Source: Candidatus Harrisonbacteria bacterium (GTDB taxonomy: Bacteria; Patescibacteriota; Minisyncoccia; UBA6257; 1-14-0-10-44-23). From it: DNA of 64,000 bases. The translations under genes and the position numbers were made by a program. The notes beneath the pieces are model-generated. The model saw only the letters and a list, made by a program, of their open reading frames with translations. It ran no database searches and was not told where the DNA came from. Within the stretch, counting starts at the first letter, position 1. Each line of letters starts with the position of its first letter. The DNA lies in the NCBI GenBank assembly GCA_023255625.1, contig JAHFLF010000003.1, positions 2,105 through 66,104 on the forward strand, given 5' to 3'. This document shows, in pieces, positions 30,059 through 40,847 of this stretch.

Positions 30059-30255
30059 ACGAATGATTATGATACCAATATACAAATTGTACAAATAATA
30101 CGAATGTTTACAAATGATAGGGGCTATAAAACGCGATAAAAAGAAAGAGCGCCGCGAATCCCGAAGGATCGCGGCGCCCGGTGTCCGGCCGCCGAAGCGA
30201 CTGGACACTTTGTTGCTAGGGCAGCTGCATCAGCTGCCCGGAACTGCGGAACCGA

Positions 30256-31458
30256 TCAGTAGACCAGAAGATCCTGTCCGCTGACCGGACCCGGCGCGTA
30301 CACCGGGTTGCCAGTGTCGGTTCCATGGCCCGTTCCCCATCCGCCGAACTCGATCGGGGCGAGATAGGTTCCGGGATAAGAGTTCGCGAGGATGTCCCCG
30401 AAGAACTCCACATACATGGCCTCGCCTGATTGAGAGGTCGCGCTGTCGAAGAAGCCGCCGCCGAAGTAGTGCGATCCGCTGAAGACGAACGGGATGGTCG
30501 AACTGTACTTCTCACCGTTCACCCAGACCTGCAGGTTCTGCAGCCCCAGCGTGTTCGGCAGGTGGAACCAGAAGTCGAGCTGGTTCAACGACAGCCCCTC
30601 CTGCGACCCCGGGAAGATGTACCAGGCCCCGAGCTTGGCCATGTTCGTGCCCGCCGGGTGCACGATCGGGCCCTCGAAGACCGGATCGCGGATGACTGTA
30701 ACATCCTGCGGTCCGAAGACCGAGATGGTCCGGCGAAGCGCGGTGATGCTCGCGTCCTTCTGGTCGATCTCGACCTGCGCCTGAATGAACTTATCGGCCA
30801 CGGCCCCTCGCTCCTGCTCCCGCTGGTCAGCGAGCTTGGCCATGGCCATCTTCTCCGCGCCGAGCGTGACGATCTGCGTTTCGCGGGCGGCAATTCCTTC
30901 TTGCAGAACACGGATCTGGGCCTCTTTGTCGAGCCGCCCATCATGCTCCATGTCGGCCTCTGTTCGGAGGTCGCCGATCTGCTTCTGGAGCGCCGCGCTC
31001 TCGGTGGCCTTCGCCACCTTGAGATCGGCGAGCTCCTTCCGCAGGGCGAGAATCTGCTCGCCGTCAGTCGGCCGCCGAAGTGCCGGCATCTTGAAGACCG
31101 ACGGCCTCGCGCCGAGCGTGAAGGTCCGGTCGAACGGCGAAGCCGCGTGTTCCAGGTCCACTGCGTGGACCCAGTACCGGCCTCCGACACGCGCCTCCCG
31201 CCAGTTGAAGAACCGTGACGGGCCGACGAAGCGTGGCTGGCGCGGTGCCAGGACGAGCTCGAACCTTCCCTGCTCGTTCTTCTGGAAGATCGAGATGTCC
31301 AGCACGCGCCCCTCGTCCGCGCGCAGCCCGATCGCTCCGGGCACGCCGAGCGTGAGCCCGGAGCGCTCCTCGTCCTGGGCATTCGCCGAAACGGCGAAGC
31401 CCAGACCGATGAACAACGAGACCAGGAACGCCGCAAACGACTTCCGCGAGAAACCCAT
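30256..31458 (-). CDS. GC-rich secreted protein with central coiled coil
   Basis: Signal peptide ending ANA-Q; TTGACA-17-TATCAT upstream; start moved to ATG 31458. Confidence 0.7.
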   Translation of the reverse strand: MGFSRKSFAAFLVSLFIGLGFAVSANAQDEERSGLTLGVPGAIGLRADEGRVLDISIFQKNEQGRFELVLAPRQPRFVGPSRFFNWREARVGGRYWVHAVDLEHAASPFDRTFTLGARPSVFKMPALRRPTDGEQILALRKELADLKVAKATESAALQKQIGDLRTEADMEHDGRLDKEAQIRVLQEGIAARETQIVTLGAEKMAMAKLADQREQERGAVADKFIQAQVEIDQKDASITALRRTISVFGPQDVTVIRDPVFEGPIVHPAGTNMAKLGAWYIFPGSQEGLSLNQLDFWFHLPNTLGLQNLQVWVNGEKYSSTIPFVFSGSHYFGGGFFDSATSQSGEAMYVEFFGDILANSYPGTYLAPIEFGGWGTGHGTDTGNPVYAPGPVSGQDLLVY

Positions 31459-31564
31459 CCTGCACCCCCACCTGAAAGCCACTGAATTTCTGCAAAAAAC
31501 GACCTCACGTTGAGGTCGCCAGCAGACAAATATGATAGCATTATTGTATTAAAATGTCAAATCT

Positions 31565-31598
31565 CTATGTTACAGCGTACTAGTACGCTGTAACATAG
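31565..31598. repeat. 34-bp perfect palindrome, copy 1
   Basis: CTATGTTACAGCGTACTAGTACGCTGTAACATAG. Confidence 0.9.
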
Positions 31599-31639
31599 CA
31601 GTAAAATATAAAACATTGCAAAGAATAGCTATATAAAAG

Positions 31640-32980
31640 CTATTCTGACAATTTTGCCAAAATGTATGCCGGTAACTCACTGATTTTTACCCGTTCCTGC
31701 TTCATAGTGTCGCGATCACGAACGGTAACAGTATCAATTTTGGCCTGGTCGCTCCCCTCCTCGCCAAGAGTTTCAAAATCAATAGTTACGCAAAATGGCG
31801 TGCCAATTTCGTCCTGACTGTAGTATCTTTTTCCGACATTTCCCCTATCGTCCCAGGCCACAGTTAGTTGGTTAGTTGGTTGGCTAGTTAGTTGGTTAAA
31901 TACTTCGCGGGCCTTTTCAACTAACGCGGGTTTGTTGGCTAAGAGTGGAAACACGGCAACTTTGTACGGGGCAACCCATTTTGGTAATTTCAAATAGACG
32001 CGATCATTTTCTTTATCTTCTGTAAACGCCTCAAGAAGAGTAACGAGCACGCTGCGGTCAAGACCGAAACTTGGCTCAATCACATACGGATAGATTTTTT
32101 CGTTGGTCTCGGGATCCTGATACGGCGGCTCGGCAAAGTGATTCTTTAAATCAAAATCAGTTCGCGAGGCAAGACCATAAAGCTCTTTCTGGCCAAATGG
32201 ATACTTGTATTCAACATCAATTGTTTTTGCGGAGTAGTGCGCGCGTTCACCGTCAGCAATAGGCACATACACAACATGCTCGTCTTTAACTCCCAAATCT
32301 TTGACCCACTGCTTCATCTGGGTAAGCCAGTAATCAAAATGCTGATCCCACTCGCTGGGTTTTACAAAATATTCAAATTCCATGAGGTCAAACTCACGCT
32401 GGCGGAAGATAAAGTTGCCGGGCGTTATCTCATTGCGAAATGCGCGGCCCTGACTGGCAATACCAAACGGCAACCGCTTACGGCTCGTGTCTAAAACATT
32501 TTTAAAATTAACAAACATCGCCTGGGCAATCTCCGGACGAAGATAGACCGTGCTCGCCTTTTCTTCGGTTGGCCCGAGCGAGGTCTTGAGCATTAGATTG
32601 AAATTCTTTGGCTCGGTGAAACCATCCTTTCCGCTGCATGCCTGGCACGGCTTCGCTGAATCAATTTGATCCGCTCGAAAACGCGCATGACATTTTTTGC
32701 ACTCCACCAGCGGGTCATTGAAAGTCGCCAGGTGGCCACTTTTCTCCCAAACCTTCGGATTCATAATGACAGCCGCATCCAGCCCAACCATGTCATCGCG
32801 ATGCTCCACGAACCGCCTCCACCACTCGTCCTTGATATTTTTCTTAAGCTGCGCCCCAAGCGGCCCGTAATCCCAGGAGTTTGCCAGCCCGCCATAAATT
32901 TCAGAGCCCGGAAATACAAAACCCCGCCGCTTACAGAGCGCAATTACTTTCTCCATCAAATCATCTTTTCCTTGTTCCAT
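31640..32980 (-). CDS. glyQS: Glycine--tRNA ligase, alpha2 type
   Basis: KRRGFVFPGSEIYGG, YLRPE, FRNEITPGNFIFRQREF, VIEPSFGLDR. Confidence 0.96.
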   Translation of the reverse strand: MEQGKDDLMEKVIALCKRRGFVFPGSEIYGGLANSWDYGPLGAQLKKNIKDEWWRRFVEHRDDMVGLDAAVIMNPKVWEKSGHLATFNDPLVECKKCHARFRADQIDSAKPCQACSGKDGFTEPKNFNLMLKTSLGPTEEKASTVYLRPEIAQAMFVNFKNVLDTSRKRLPFGIASQGRAFRNEITPGNFIFRQREFDLMEFEYFVKPSEWDQHFDYWLTQMKQWVKDLGVKDEHVVYVPIADGERAHYSAKTIDVEYKYPFGQKELYGLASRTDFDLKNHFAEPPYQDPETNEKIYPYVIEPSFGLDRSVLVTLLEAFTEDKENDRVYLKLPKWVAPYKVAVFPLLANKPALVEKAREVFNQLTSQPTNQLTVAWDDRGNVGKRYYSQDEIGTPFCVTIDFETLGEEGSDQAKIDTVTVRDRDTMKQERVKISELPAYILAKLSE

Positions 32981-32994
32981 AACTTTCCGATATT

Positions 32995-34851
32995 CTACTG
33001 CGACTTCACTCTTTTATCCACACTGGTAACGGTCAAATCATCTGGGAGCATAACGGTAACGGGCCCGTCTTGCAAGTTCAATTTTTCACCGGTAAAACTG
33101 TCGGTATATGTACCGGTTGTTTCGCGAATCAACTCTGGATATTGATCAACCTGGTCTATAGCCGGAGTTAGTTCAACCTGAAAAATTAGTTCGGTCGGAT
33201 CGCTCAAAATACCTTTGGTAGCCGGAATTTTTGCCACGCCCCAGGTCATTTCCTGAGTTCGGTCGTTATACACAGGAGCATCCGGCGTAGTTGATTTGTA
33301 TTTTCCGGTGTAGCGCACATTCGAGCCCAAAAATGCCTTTAGAGAAATATTTTCAACATCAGTTGAGGTATTTTTGAAAATCCAGTGGATTGTAAACTGG
33401 GTAGCCCGCCCGACTATAGCCGGAAAGACTCCGTCGTTGGCAAAACCCGAAGCCGCGTCGCGATAATAACCGCTGGAAATAAAACCAAGCATCCCCTTCA
33501 TCTTGCTGGTCAGCTGGGCTAAGCCAAGAGTTTTACTCAACGAAACTCCACGCGGGACGGTCGGCGACTCAATTTCTGCATTTACCGTGATCACAAAATT
33601 TTTCGAACTCAATCTTGTAATTGGATAAGCTGGTTTTGTGGTAATTGTAAAAGTAACTGCTCCGGTAGCACCGGGGGCAAGCGAGCTTAATTCCGGTACG
33701 CGCGAGGCATTCCAAACAATCGTGTTGTCGCTGCTGCGCAATACGCCATTCGTTTTCAAAGTCTTAATATCAAACATCTCGCCGGTTGTCTTCGCCCGAA
33801 CAATCACATCTTTAAGACCAATCTCGGTTGTGTTTGTGTAAGTCAGACGATACCGCAACGACTCGGCCGGCGCGACCACCTTGTTGTTACCACCCTCAAG
33901 CTCTATGCGGATAGAAAGCGGCGAAGGAGCCAGTGTCAAACTCACGCTAGTTTGCGCCAAATCGTAGCGCCCCTCGCCAATCTGCGCGCTCAAAACGCTG
34001 CCGATCTCAAAGATCGCCTCGTCCTGCCCGACAATAAATCCCTTGAGAACAAGTTTACCGCTCGCTCCGGCGGCGAGTGCAGCAATATTCCAAGATTGAG
34101 CATCCTCCGCGCTTACTTGAGGATCAGCACTGGTAACCGTAAATCCCTGCGGATATTTCATCGCCAATTTCACCGCTTCATAATCCAGATCCGTCGCATT
34201 ATGATAATTGATCTCGGTTACAAACTCTGAACTGCCGAGAACTTTCGTCGGCGCGGTAATCGAAAGATCAATGCCGGCCGCTCCAACCACAACATCTTTA
34301 CTGGCGATTTTTTCAAAACGAGAACTTAAAGCACCCGGAACATAAGAAACTGCCGCCTTAACCTGGAGTACGGTGTTTTCCTGGCCCGTTGCCATAATCA
34401 TAAAAGACTCCTTACGAACAATTGCGCTTTCCAGGACACCAACAGAGCGATTCTCAACAGTCCGCGATCCGGGCACGCCGACAAAAATGATATCCTCCGG
34501 AAGCGTTACGCTAACCTGCGCATCTTTCAAGGCATCTCCGGAATTATTGGCAATCTGCACAATCAGCTCGGTTGGCACTCCTCGGTGCAGCTGATCCGGT
34601 AGACCGATGCTGATCTCCAAACCATTACCGTTATTTGCTCGAAGAATAAAATAGCCAACCAAACCGACGACCGCGACTAAAACGACTGAACCGATTATCA
34701 AGATTTTTTTGCCGAAGGAAGAATGTGGCGGCGCAAGCACCGGCCCGCCGGCGGGCATTTGGTTCAGCCAAGAACCCTGCTGATCCGGAACCAGGGGCTG
34801 ATTTTGTCCGGGGACTTGTGGAGTATTTTGTGATGCGTCAAATTGATCCAT
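32995..34851 (-). CDS. Membrane-anchored Ig-like repeat (DUF11-like) protein
   Basis: Single TM followed by repeated beta-rich domains. Confidence 0.7.
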   Translation of the reverse strand: MDQFDASQNTPQVPGQNQPLVPDQQGSWLNQMPAGGPVLAPPHSSFGKKILIIGSVVLVAVVGLVGYFILRANNGNGLEISIGLPDQLHRGVPTELIVQIANNSGDALKDAQVSVTLPEDIIFVGVPGSRTVENRSVGVLESAIVRKESFMIMATGQENTVLQVKAAVSYVPGALSSRFEKIASKDVVVGAAGIDLSITAPTKVLGSSEFVTEINYHNATDLDYEAVKLAMKYPQGFTVTSADPQVSAEDAQSWNIAALAAGASGKLVLKGFIVGQDEAIFEIGSVLSAQIGEGRYDLAQTSVSLTLAPSPLSIRIELEGGNNKVVAPAESLRYRLTYTNTTEIGLKDVIVRAKTTGEMFDIKTLKTNGVLRSSDNTIVWNASRVPELSSLAPGATGAVTFTITTKPAYPITRLSSKNFVITVNAEIESPTVPRGVSLSKTLGLAQLTSKMKGMLGFISSGYYRDAASGFANDGVFPAIVGRATQFTIHWIFKNTSTDVENISLKAFLGSNVRYTGKYKSTTPDAPVYNDRTQEMTWGVAKIPATKGILSDPTELIFQVELTPAIDQVDQYPELIRETTGTYTDSFTGEKLNLQDGPVTVMLPDDLTVTSVDKRVKSQ

Positions 34852-34881
34852 AGTATCTATTCATAATTCTTAACTTCGACA

Positions 34882-35427
34882 TTATACCATGAGGTGCTGA
34901 ATTCCCGGAGAGATCTGGCTGCCGCGGTTAAGACACGCGCTGCACATATAAATAGATTCTCGGATCAAAAAATGTTCTGGCTGCGATTTGTTACACTGGC
35001 TGCAATGTGAGTGCAAAGGATCAAAACCAAGCACGCGCAGAAGTTGAGCAGTGGCTAAATCACCTTTTTCGATTAGCTGCCAAAGTGCTGCGTCCGGTTG
35101 ATGCAAATCTGTCATTTTTAAAATCAAATGCGCGACGCCAATTTGGGTAGTTGTTTTTTGGATTTTTTTATCACTCGCACTCGCCAACTCGTTAATCGTA
35201 CTGATTGCCAGCGCATCGACTAACTGCATACCACGCCGTTCCACCAGACGAACTGTTACCAAAGATAGCGGCTGAATATGTCCGGCCAATTTACTGGTTG
35301 GTTTTCGGGCCGACCTCGCCAGGGCAACGACTCGACCCAGCGATTTCGTAAACAAATGAACCCGCAAATCACTCTCGCCCGATGGCTCAATATCTAAAAC
35401 AAAACCCGAGGTGCTGTGTTCTTGCAT
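34882..35427 (-). CDS. recO: DNA repair protein RecO (short)
   Basis: GESDLRVHLFTKSLGRVVALARSARKPTSKL; LGFDP..CxxC..CxxC; start ATG 35427. Confidence 0.85.
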   Translation of the reverse strand: MQEHSTSGFVLDIEPSGESDLRVHLFTKSLGRVVALARSARKPTSKLAGHIQPLSLVTVRLVERRGMQLVDALAISTINELASASDKKIQKTTTQIGVAHLILKMTDLHQPDAALWQLIEKGDLATAQLLRVLGFDPLHSHCSQCNKSQPEHFLIRESIYMCSACLNRGSQISPGIQHLMV

Positions 35428-35524
35428 GTAGTCACAAAAATTAAAAAAGGAAGAAGAATTTCTGGCAAAATTACTTTGTGGCCGGTTGAGACGAGGGCGT
35501 CCTCGTCTCAACCGTGCCGGTGCT

Positions 35525-35968
35525 TCAAGCGGTCGCGATGTGCGGCCGCTTTTGTTCTTCGATCCACTTCTCGTACGCGGGCAGGCGTCCGAGCGCCTGG
35601 GCGATGGCCTGGTCAGCCGGTGTCTCGTGGCAAGCACGACTGAACCCAACTTCGACCAGTCGACCGATCTCCGTCAGATCTGCACGGACGAAAAGCTGCC
35701 CTCTGCTGACCACCGGATGCTTGCGACCAAGCCGCTTGGCCAGATCAACAAGCCGCGAGGTGGTAATCGGATGTTGTCGCACGACGATGAGCGCCGTGTA
35801 ACCCCTGCGCCGATCCTGTAGCGCAAGCCGAATCGCGTCGACGGGATGGTAGTGCCCGAGAATTGGCTCTCCCGCCCGGACAAAGTCAATTTCCAGTCCG
35901 AGCGCCACTTTCACCTGATGCGCGAGCCGCATGTCCTCGACATGCGGCGAGACGAAAAGAATCTTCAC
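35525..35968 (-). CDS. GC-rich hypothetical protein (receiver-like alpha/beta N-terminus)
   Basis: GGGAGG SD before GTG; strong hairpin at 35483-35514 downstream. Confidence 0.55.
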   Translation of the reverse strand: MKILFVSPHVEDMRLAHQVKVALGLEIDFVRAGEPILGHYHPVDAIRLALQDRRRGYTALIVVRQHPITTSRLVDLAKRLGRKHPVVSRGQLFVRADLTEIGRLVEVGFSRACHETPADQAIAQALGRLPAYEKWIEEQKRPHIATA

Positions 35969-36117
35969 GGCCCCTCCCTGTCTTTGTCATGCGCCCCGTG
36001 CGCAGGAACAACTTCAGCATGCATCACTTTCATCGGCTCGTCAAAAGACAAAATCACCACATTTCACGGCCGTATGATATGGTGATTTTAGTTTTTCTTA
36101 GAATGATTATAGAACGA

Positions 36118-36840
36118 CTACTCAAGCGCTCCAACAAACACCTTTTTCAAAATTTCGCTTGTCAATAAATCATGCGTGCTGCCATGAATAATTATTTTCC
36201 CTTTATCTAAAACATATCCGCGATGCACTATTTCCATGAGTGATTTTATATTATGCTCAACGATCAAAATTGCCGTCTTGTGACGATCATTTATTGCTTT
36301 AATATTTGCAAAAACCTCCTTGACGATTTTTGGAGCCAGCCCCAGCGACGGCTCATCAAGCAGCAATACTTTCGGATCGGTCATTAAACCTCGAGCAAGG
36401 GCGAGCATCTGTTGCTGTCCGCCGGAGAGTAGACCACTTTTCGTGTAGCGTTTATCGTGTAGGGCCGGGAAAATACTAAAAACTTCAGTGATTCGCTCTT
36501 TAAGCAAATCTTTGTCGCGCACTACCACCCCGGCAATCTCTAGATTTTCTAACACAGTCAGATTGGCAAACACGCGCCGGCCCTGCGGCACAAAAGAAAT
36601 TCCCCTTTCAACCATCTCGTAGGAAATTGGCGCAACTTTTTGATCGTGCCAAAAAATCGAACCATGCGAAAGTGGGGCTAGCCCAAAAATTGCCTTCAAA
36701 ATTGTTGACTTGCCGGCGCCGTTTGGCCCCATGAGCGCCACAATCTCGCCCTCGTCAATCGCAACCGAAACGCCGTCAAGCGCCCTCACGCCCCCGTAGT
36801 CCACATGCACATCTTTGATTTGCAACAAAATATCTTTCAT
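36118..36840 (-). CDS. livF: Branched-chain amino acid ABC transporter ATPase
   Basis: GPNGAGKST, LSGGQQQMLA, LLLDEPSLGLAP. Confidence 0.92.
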   Translation of the reverse strand: MKDILLQIKDVHVDYGGVRALDGVSVAIDEGEIVALMGPNGAGKSTILKAIFGLAPLSHGSIFWHDQKVAPISYEMVERGISFVPQGRRVFANLTVLENLEIAGVVVRDKDLLKERITEVFSIFPALHDKRYTKSGLLSGGQQQMLALARGLMTDPKVLLLDEPSLGLAPKIVKEVFANIKAINDRHKTAILIVEHNIKSLMEIVHRGYVLDKGKIIIHGSTHDLLTSEILKKVFVGALE

Positions 36841-36841
36841 A

Positions 36842-37573
36842 TTATTTTCCTAAATACGCTTGGATAACATTGTGTTGGCTTAAAACACTCGCCGGTGCGC
36901 CTTCGGCCAAAAGCTGGCCGTTATCCATCACAACAATATGGTCTGCAAGCGATCGGATAAGTTCCATGTTGTGTTCAATAAGCACAACTACCTTCCCCTT
37001 CGCGCGCAAATCTATCAAAATCTCTGAAAGCATTTTTACCATTGACGCTGCCAGCCCAGCAAATGGTTCATCGAACAAATAAATGTCTGCCTCAATAGCC
37101 AGAGTGCGTCCAATCTCCAGCAATTTACGCTGACCATACGAAAGCTGACGCGCCAGCTGATGTCGCTTATCCCATAGACCAATCCGTTCTAAAATCTCCT
37201 GCGCTCGAACCTCATGCATCTTCCCGCGTGCAGACCGCAGCGATTTAAAAACTCCGCGCTCGGTCAGCACAACTAAAATATTATCAAGCACGGTTATTTG
37301 TTCAAATAACCGAACCTCTTGAAATGTACGCGTGATACCGAACTCAATCGCCTCGTAGGATTTGAGTCCGGTTATCTGCTCACCACCAATGATTAAGACG
37401 CCACTATCAATTGCAGCCATACCGCTTAGTACATTCGTCAAGGTACTTTTGCCGGAACCGTTTGGGCCAATAATGCCGGTTATCTTGCCCGGCGTAAGCA
37501 CGAACGATAAGCCATCAACGGCGCGAACGCCGCCGAAATTTTTGTGCAAATTTTTAATTTCCAGCGCCGACAT
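36842..37573 (-). CDS. livG: Branched-chain amino acid ABC transporter ATPase
   Basis: GPNGSGKST, RTFQ, LSYGQRKLLEI. Confidence 0.92.
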   Translation of the reverse strand: MSALEIKNLHKNFGGVRAVDGLSFVLTPGKITGIIGPNGSGKSTLTNVLSGMAAIDSGVLIIGGEQITGLKSYEAIEFGITRTFQEVRLFEQITVLDNILVVLTERGVFKSLRSARGKMHEVRAQEILERIGLWDKRHQLARQLSYGQRKLLEIGRTLAIEADIYLFDEPFAGLAASMVKMLSEILIDLRAKGKVVVLIEHNMELIRSLADHIVVMDNGQLLAEGAPASVLSQHNVIQAYLGK

Positions 37574-37618
37574 AATTTTATTCGTACTTTCGTGAATTAA
37601 TTCGTTATTCGTAGCTCT

Positions 37619-38485
37619 CTAAAGTTTATACTCCCCAATTAACCCCTGCGGCCGCCAGAACATCATCACAATAAGTAACACGCCATAAATCACTTCACGC
37701 AACTGCGCAGCTACATCTGCAGGCAATCCGATGAGACGGGAGAATTCAATGATCATGACTAAAATTGCTGTGCCTAAAATCGCTCCTCTCACATTTGCCA
37801 AACCGCCAACGATAATACACGCCAACATAAATACAGAGTCAACAATAGTGAATGTGCTCGGGTCAATGTAGCGGATGTAGCCGGCAAAAAGTCCCCCGGC
37901 GAGCGCAGCCATACCGCAGCCAATCATAAAAATCAATAACTTAAAATGTTTTGTCCGATAGCCGAATACTGCAATCGCCTCTTCGTCTTCACGGATTGCC
38001 TTGAGAACTCTACCGAAGGGCGTGCTCACTATCCACTTCGCGAGCCAATACACTAAAATCAGCAAAGTCAGGCACAAAAGTAAAAAAGGCAAATTCTCCG
38101 CGAACGAAACGCCAAATAATGCCGGCCGAGTAATCCCGGCAACGCCCAGCGGTCCGCCGGTTACAGAATCCCAATTTTTCATAATGCTATTAATGATATA
38201 GAGAAATCCGATTGAACCAAGAATGTAGTAATCTCCGCGGAACTTACTCATGACGCTGCCAATCAGTAATGCCACAACTCCGGCAAGGAAAATACCGGCC
38301 AGCATGGCAACGAAGAAATTGACGCCGCCATGTATTAGCAAGAGCGCGGTCGTGTATGCTCCAATTCCGTAAAAAGCAGCGTGCGCCAAGGTAACCAATC
38401 CGGTATAGCCGGTAATTGAATTCATACTGATCGCCAAAATAGCGTAGATGGCAAAAATGCTGGCAAGATTAATCAAGTAACTCAT
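37619..38485 (-). CDS. livM: Branched-chain amino acid ABC permease
   Basis: GYTGLVTLAHAAFYGIGAY, GRVLKAIREDE. Confidence 0.9.
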   Translation of the reverse strand: MSYLINLASIFAIYAILAISMNSITGYTGLVTLAHAAFYGIGAYTTALLLIHGGVNFFVAMLAGIFLAGVVALLIGSVMSKFRGDYYILGSIGFLYIINSIMKNWDSVTGGPLGVAGITRPALFGVSFAENLPFLLLCLTLLILVYWLAKWIVSTPFGRVLKAIREDEEAIAVFGYRTKHFKLLIFMIGCGMAALAGGLFAGYIRYIDPSTFTIVDSVFMLACIIVGGLANVRGAILGTAILVMIIEFSRLIGLPADVAAQLREVIYGVLLIVMMFWRPQGLIGEYKL

Positions 38486-39348
38486 TGTTTCAATATTCCC
38501 TGCGGTTTAAAAATTAAAAATAGGATTAGCATACTGAACCCAATGATTGCCTTCCACTCTCCGCCTAAAAAACCTACACCGGCCGTCTCGGCAAAACTTA
38601 AAAAGAAAGCACCTAAAAAAGCGCCGGAGGTAATTCCCATGCCGCCGATGAGGGCCGCTGTGATTGCCAAAATAATACTGGTCAGACCGTACCCCGGACT
38701 CATGCCCAAATCAAGTCCGACCAAAATGCCACCAAGGCCTGCCAGAGCAGAACTCAAAAGAACCACCTTATTCAAGTGCTTGTTTGTATTCAGTCCCATG
38801 ATCTTCGCCACCTCTTCGTCATCAGCGATGGCGCGAGTGGCCTTACCAAAAAGTGTCTTGCGCGAAATCAGCATGAGTGACAAAAAAATCAAGATACTAA
38901 CTGCAATAGTAACAATCTGCACAGAAGTTATGGTAATGCTGCCAAATTCAAAAACATGCCATTGACTTGTTGCCGGCTGCAACGACTGATATTCACTACC
39001 AAACCCGATGATAGTAAAGGCCTGGAGAGCCGTCATCGCGCCGATAGCCCCAACGAGCAAAGTCATGTTTGACGATCCGCGTTTTCGCAGTGGTTCGTAA
39101 ATGCAGATATGTAGCAGCCAACCGAGCAGCGCGGCCCCGATGATTCCGGCGCAGAAACCAATCAAGGCAGGCATTTTGAGAAAACGCGTTACCGCTATAA
39201 AAATATAGGCCCCGGACATAAAGACCGGCGCGAGGGAAAGATTAAAAAACTTGAGTACGCTGTACTGCAGCGAAAAAGCCATGGCTAAAAAACTATATTG
39301 GGCCCCGGTAATCAATGCGGCGACGACAAGCTGTAAAACGAGCGCCAT
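38482..39348 (-). CDS. livH: Branched-chain amino acid ABC permease
   Basis: GKATRAIADDEEVAKIMG, KPQG. Confidence 0.88.
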   Translation of the reverse strand: MALVLQLVVAALITGAQYSFLAMAFSLQYSVLKFFNLSLAPVFMSGAYIFIAVTRFLKMPALIGFCAGIIGAALLGWLLHICIYEPLRKRGSSNMTLLVGAIGAMTALQAFTIIGFGSEYQSLQPATSQWHVFEFGSITITSVQIVTIAVSILIFLSLMLISRKTLFGKATRAIADDEEVAKIMGLNTNKHLNKVVLLSSALAGLGGILVGLDLGMSPGYGLTSIILAITAALIGGMGITSGAFLGAFFLSFAETAGVGFLGGEWKAIIGFSMLILFLIFKPQGILKQ

Positions 39349-39422
39349 ATATTGAGGATACCATGCGCGGCCGAAAACCCGTGGAAGCGGGTTTTCGGCC
39401 GCGCAAATAGATTAACTTCTTT

Positions 39423-40553
39423 CTACTCCATCGGGGCCGCCATACCGGCCTTTACAACTTTAACAACATAATTAGCACCGACAACATCTCCATTAATGTC
39501 AAACTTGATTTCGTCGGAAGAAACACCGCCTTTATAATTCGTCTGGTAGAGAGCATTTTTGATTGCGGTTGAGTCAGTGCCAACCTTCTTCATGATGTCC
39601 GCTAGAATATAGATTCCGTCATATGCGCCCGGGGTGCAGGCAATAACCTCTTCGCTCCCGGTCTTCGCTTTTAATTTTGCCCCAAGTGTATCGCCATGCG
39701 CCGCGCTGACGACGGTGTACATGGCGCCCTCGCCGATTGTCCCAACATCAGCCCAAATCTTCGGATCATCCCAGGCATCTCCGCCAAGCATCGGCACATT
39801 TAATTTCATATCCGCGGCCTGCTTGAGCCCGGGAATTGATGCATCAGTATAACTTAAGAAATAAACTAATTCCGGTTTCGCGGCTTTAATCTTAGCCAGT
39901 TGAGCGCGCAGATCATGAGATGTCTGCTCAAAACTCTCCTCGGCCACAATTGTACCGCCCATTTCGGTGAAAGATTTTTTGAACACGCCGGCGATACCAT
40001 CGCCCCAATCAGTTTTCACATTCAGAATCGCAACCTTGGTTTTGCCAAGCTGTTCTTTTACAAACTTCGCGCCATACGAACCTTGATAGGTGTCCGACGG
40101 GTAGTCACGGAAGATGTAATCGCCCGCCTCTGTAACCTTCGGCGCAGAAGAACAGTAACTCAACATGGTTGTTTTTGTCTGCTCGGCAATCGGCGCAATC
40201 GCCAGCGTCTCTCCAGAGCAGGCACCGCCAAGAATAACAGGCACATGATCAACATTGATAAGCTTATTACCCGCCTGGCTGGCATCGGCTCCGTTGCATT
40301 TACCGTCTTCGTAAATAACCTGAAGCGGGCGGCCATTAATACCTCCTGCACCGTTTACTTCGTCAACTGCAATCTCCACCGCTGATTTTGCATTAAGACC
40401 CAAGTTGGCTAAGTCGCCGTTGAGCGGCCCGACAAAACCGATCGTAATCGGACTCTTATCGGTTGCCCCCTCCTGATTCTTCGATCCAGACAGGATGACA
40501 ATCAGAACAACCACTATAATAATCACAACCGCCCAACCTATCTTTTTTCCCAT
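39423..40553 (-). CDS. livK: Branched-chain amino acid ABC substrate-binding protein
   Basis: IGFVGPLNG, VNGAGGINGRPL, ILGGACSG. Confidence 0.88.
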   Translation of the reverse strand: MGKKIGWAVVIIIVVVLIVILSGSKNQEGATDKSPITIGFVGPLNGDLANLGLNAKSAVEIAVDEVNGAGGINGRPLQVIYEDGKCNGADASQAGNKLINVDHVPVILGGACSGETLAIAPIAEQTKTTMLSYCSSAPKVTEAGDYIFRDYPSDTYQGSYGAKFVKEQLGKTKVAILNVKTDWGDGIAGVFKKSFTEMGGTIVAEESFEQTSHDLRAQLAKIKAAKPELVYFLSYTDASIPGLKQAADMKLNVPMLGGDAWDDPKIWADVGTIGEGAMYTVVSAAHGDTLGAKLKAKTGSEEVIACTPGAYDGIYILADIMKKVGTDSTAIKNALYQTNYKGGVSSDEIKFDINGDVVGANYVVKVVKAGMAAPME

Positions 40554-40685
40554 AGTGTAAATTTAAATAAAATAATAATTTAATTTAAGAGTAGCAGACT
40601 ATCAAAAGCTGGCAAGTAACCTTGTGTCGGACGGCTTTAACAAAAACCCGCGCGGATCCGCTCTAAAATCCAAAGTTCTTTTTTG

Positions 40686-40766
40686 TGCTCGGGAGAGGAC
40701 TCGAACCTCCACGCCTTGCGGCGCTACCACCTCAAGGTAGTGCGTCTGCCATTTCGCCACCCGAGC
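40686..40766 (-). tRNA. tRNA-Leu(GAG), CCA not encoded
   Basis: GCTCGGGTGGCGAAATGGCAGACGCACTACCTTGAGGTGGTAGCGCCGCAAGGCGTGGAGGTTCGAGTCCTCTCCCGAGCA. Confidence 0.95.
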
Positions 40767-40847
40767 ATCAAATTAAATTTGATTTGGCCAGTATACCTAA
40801 AGTCCGCTTAATTTTCAAATTTTGAAAACCAAAAAAACTCCCCTGGT

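Noticed and set aside
30430-31541. Long overlapping ORFs in other frames (also across purB, 48798-50312)
   Set aside because: Expected shadow ORFs of GC-rich genes; Arg/Ser-rich or antisense.
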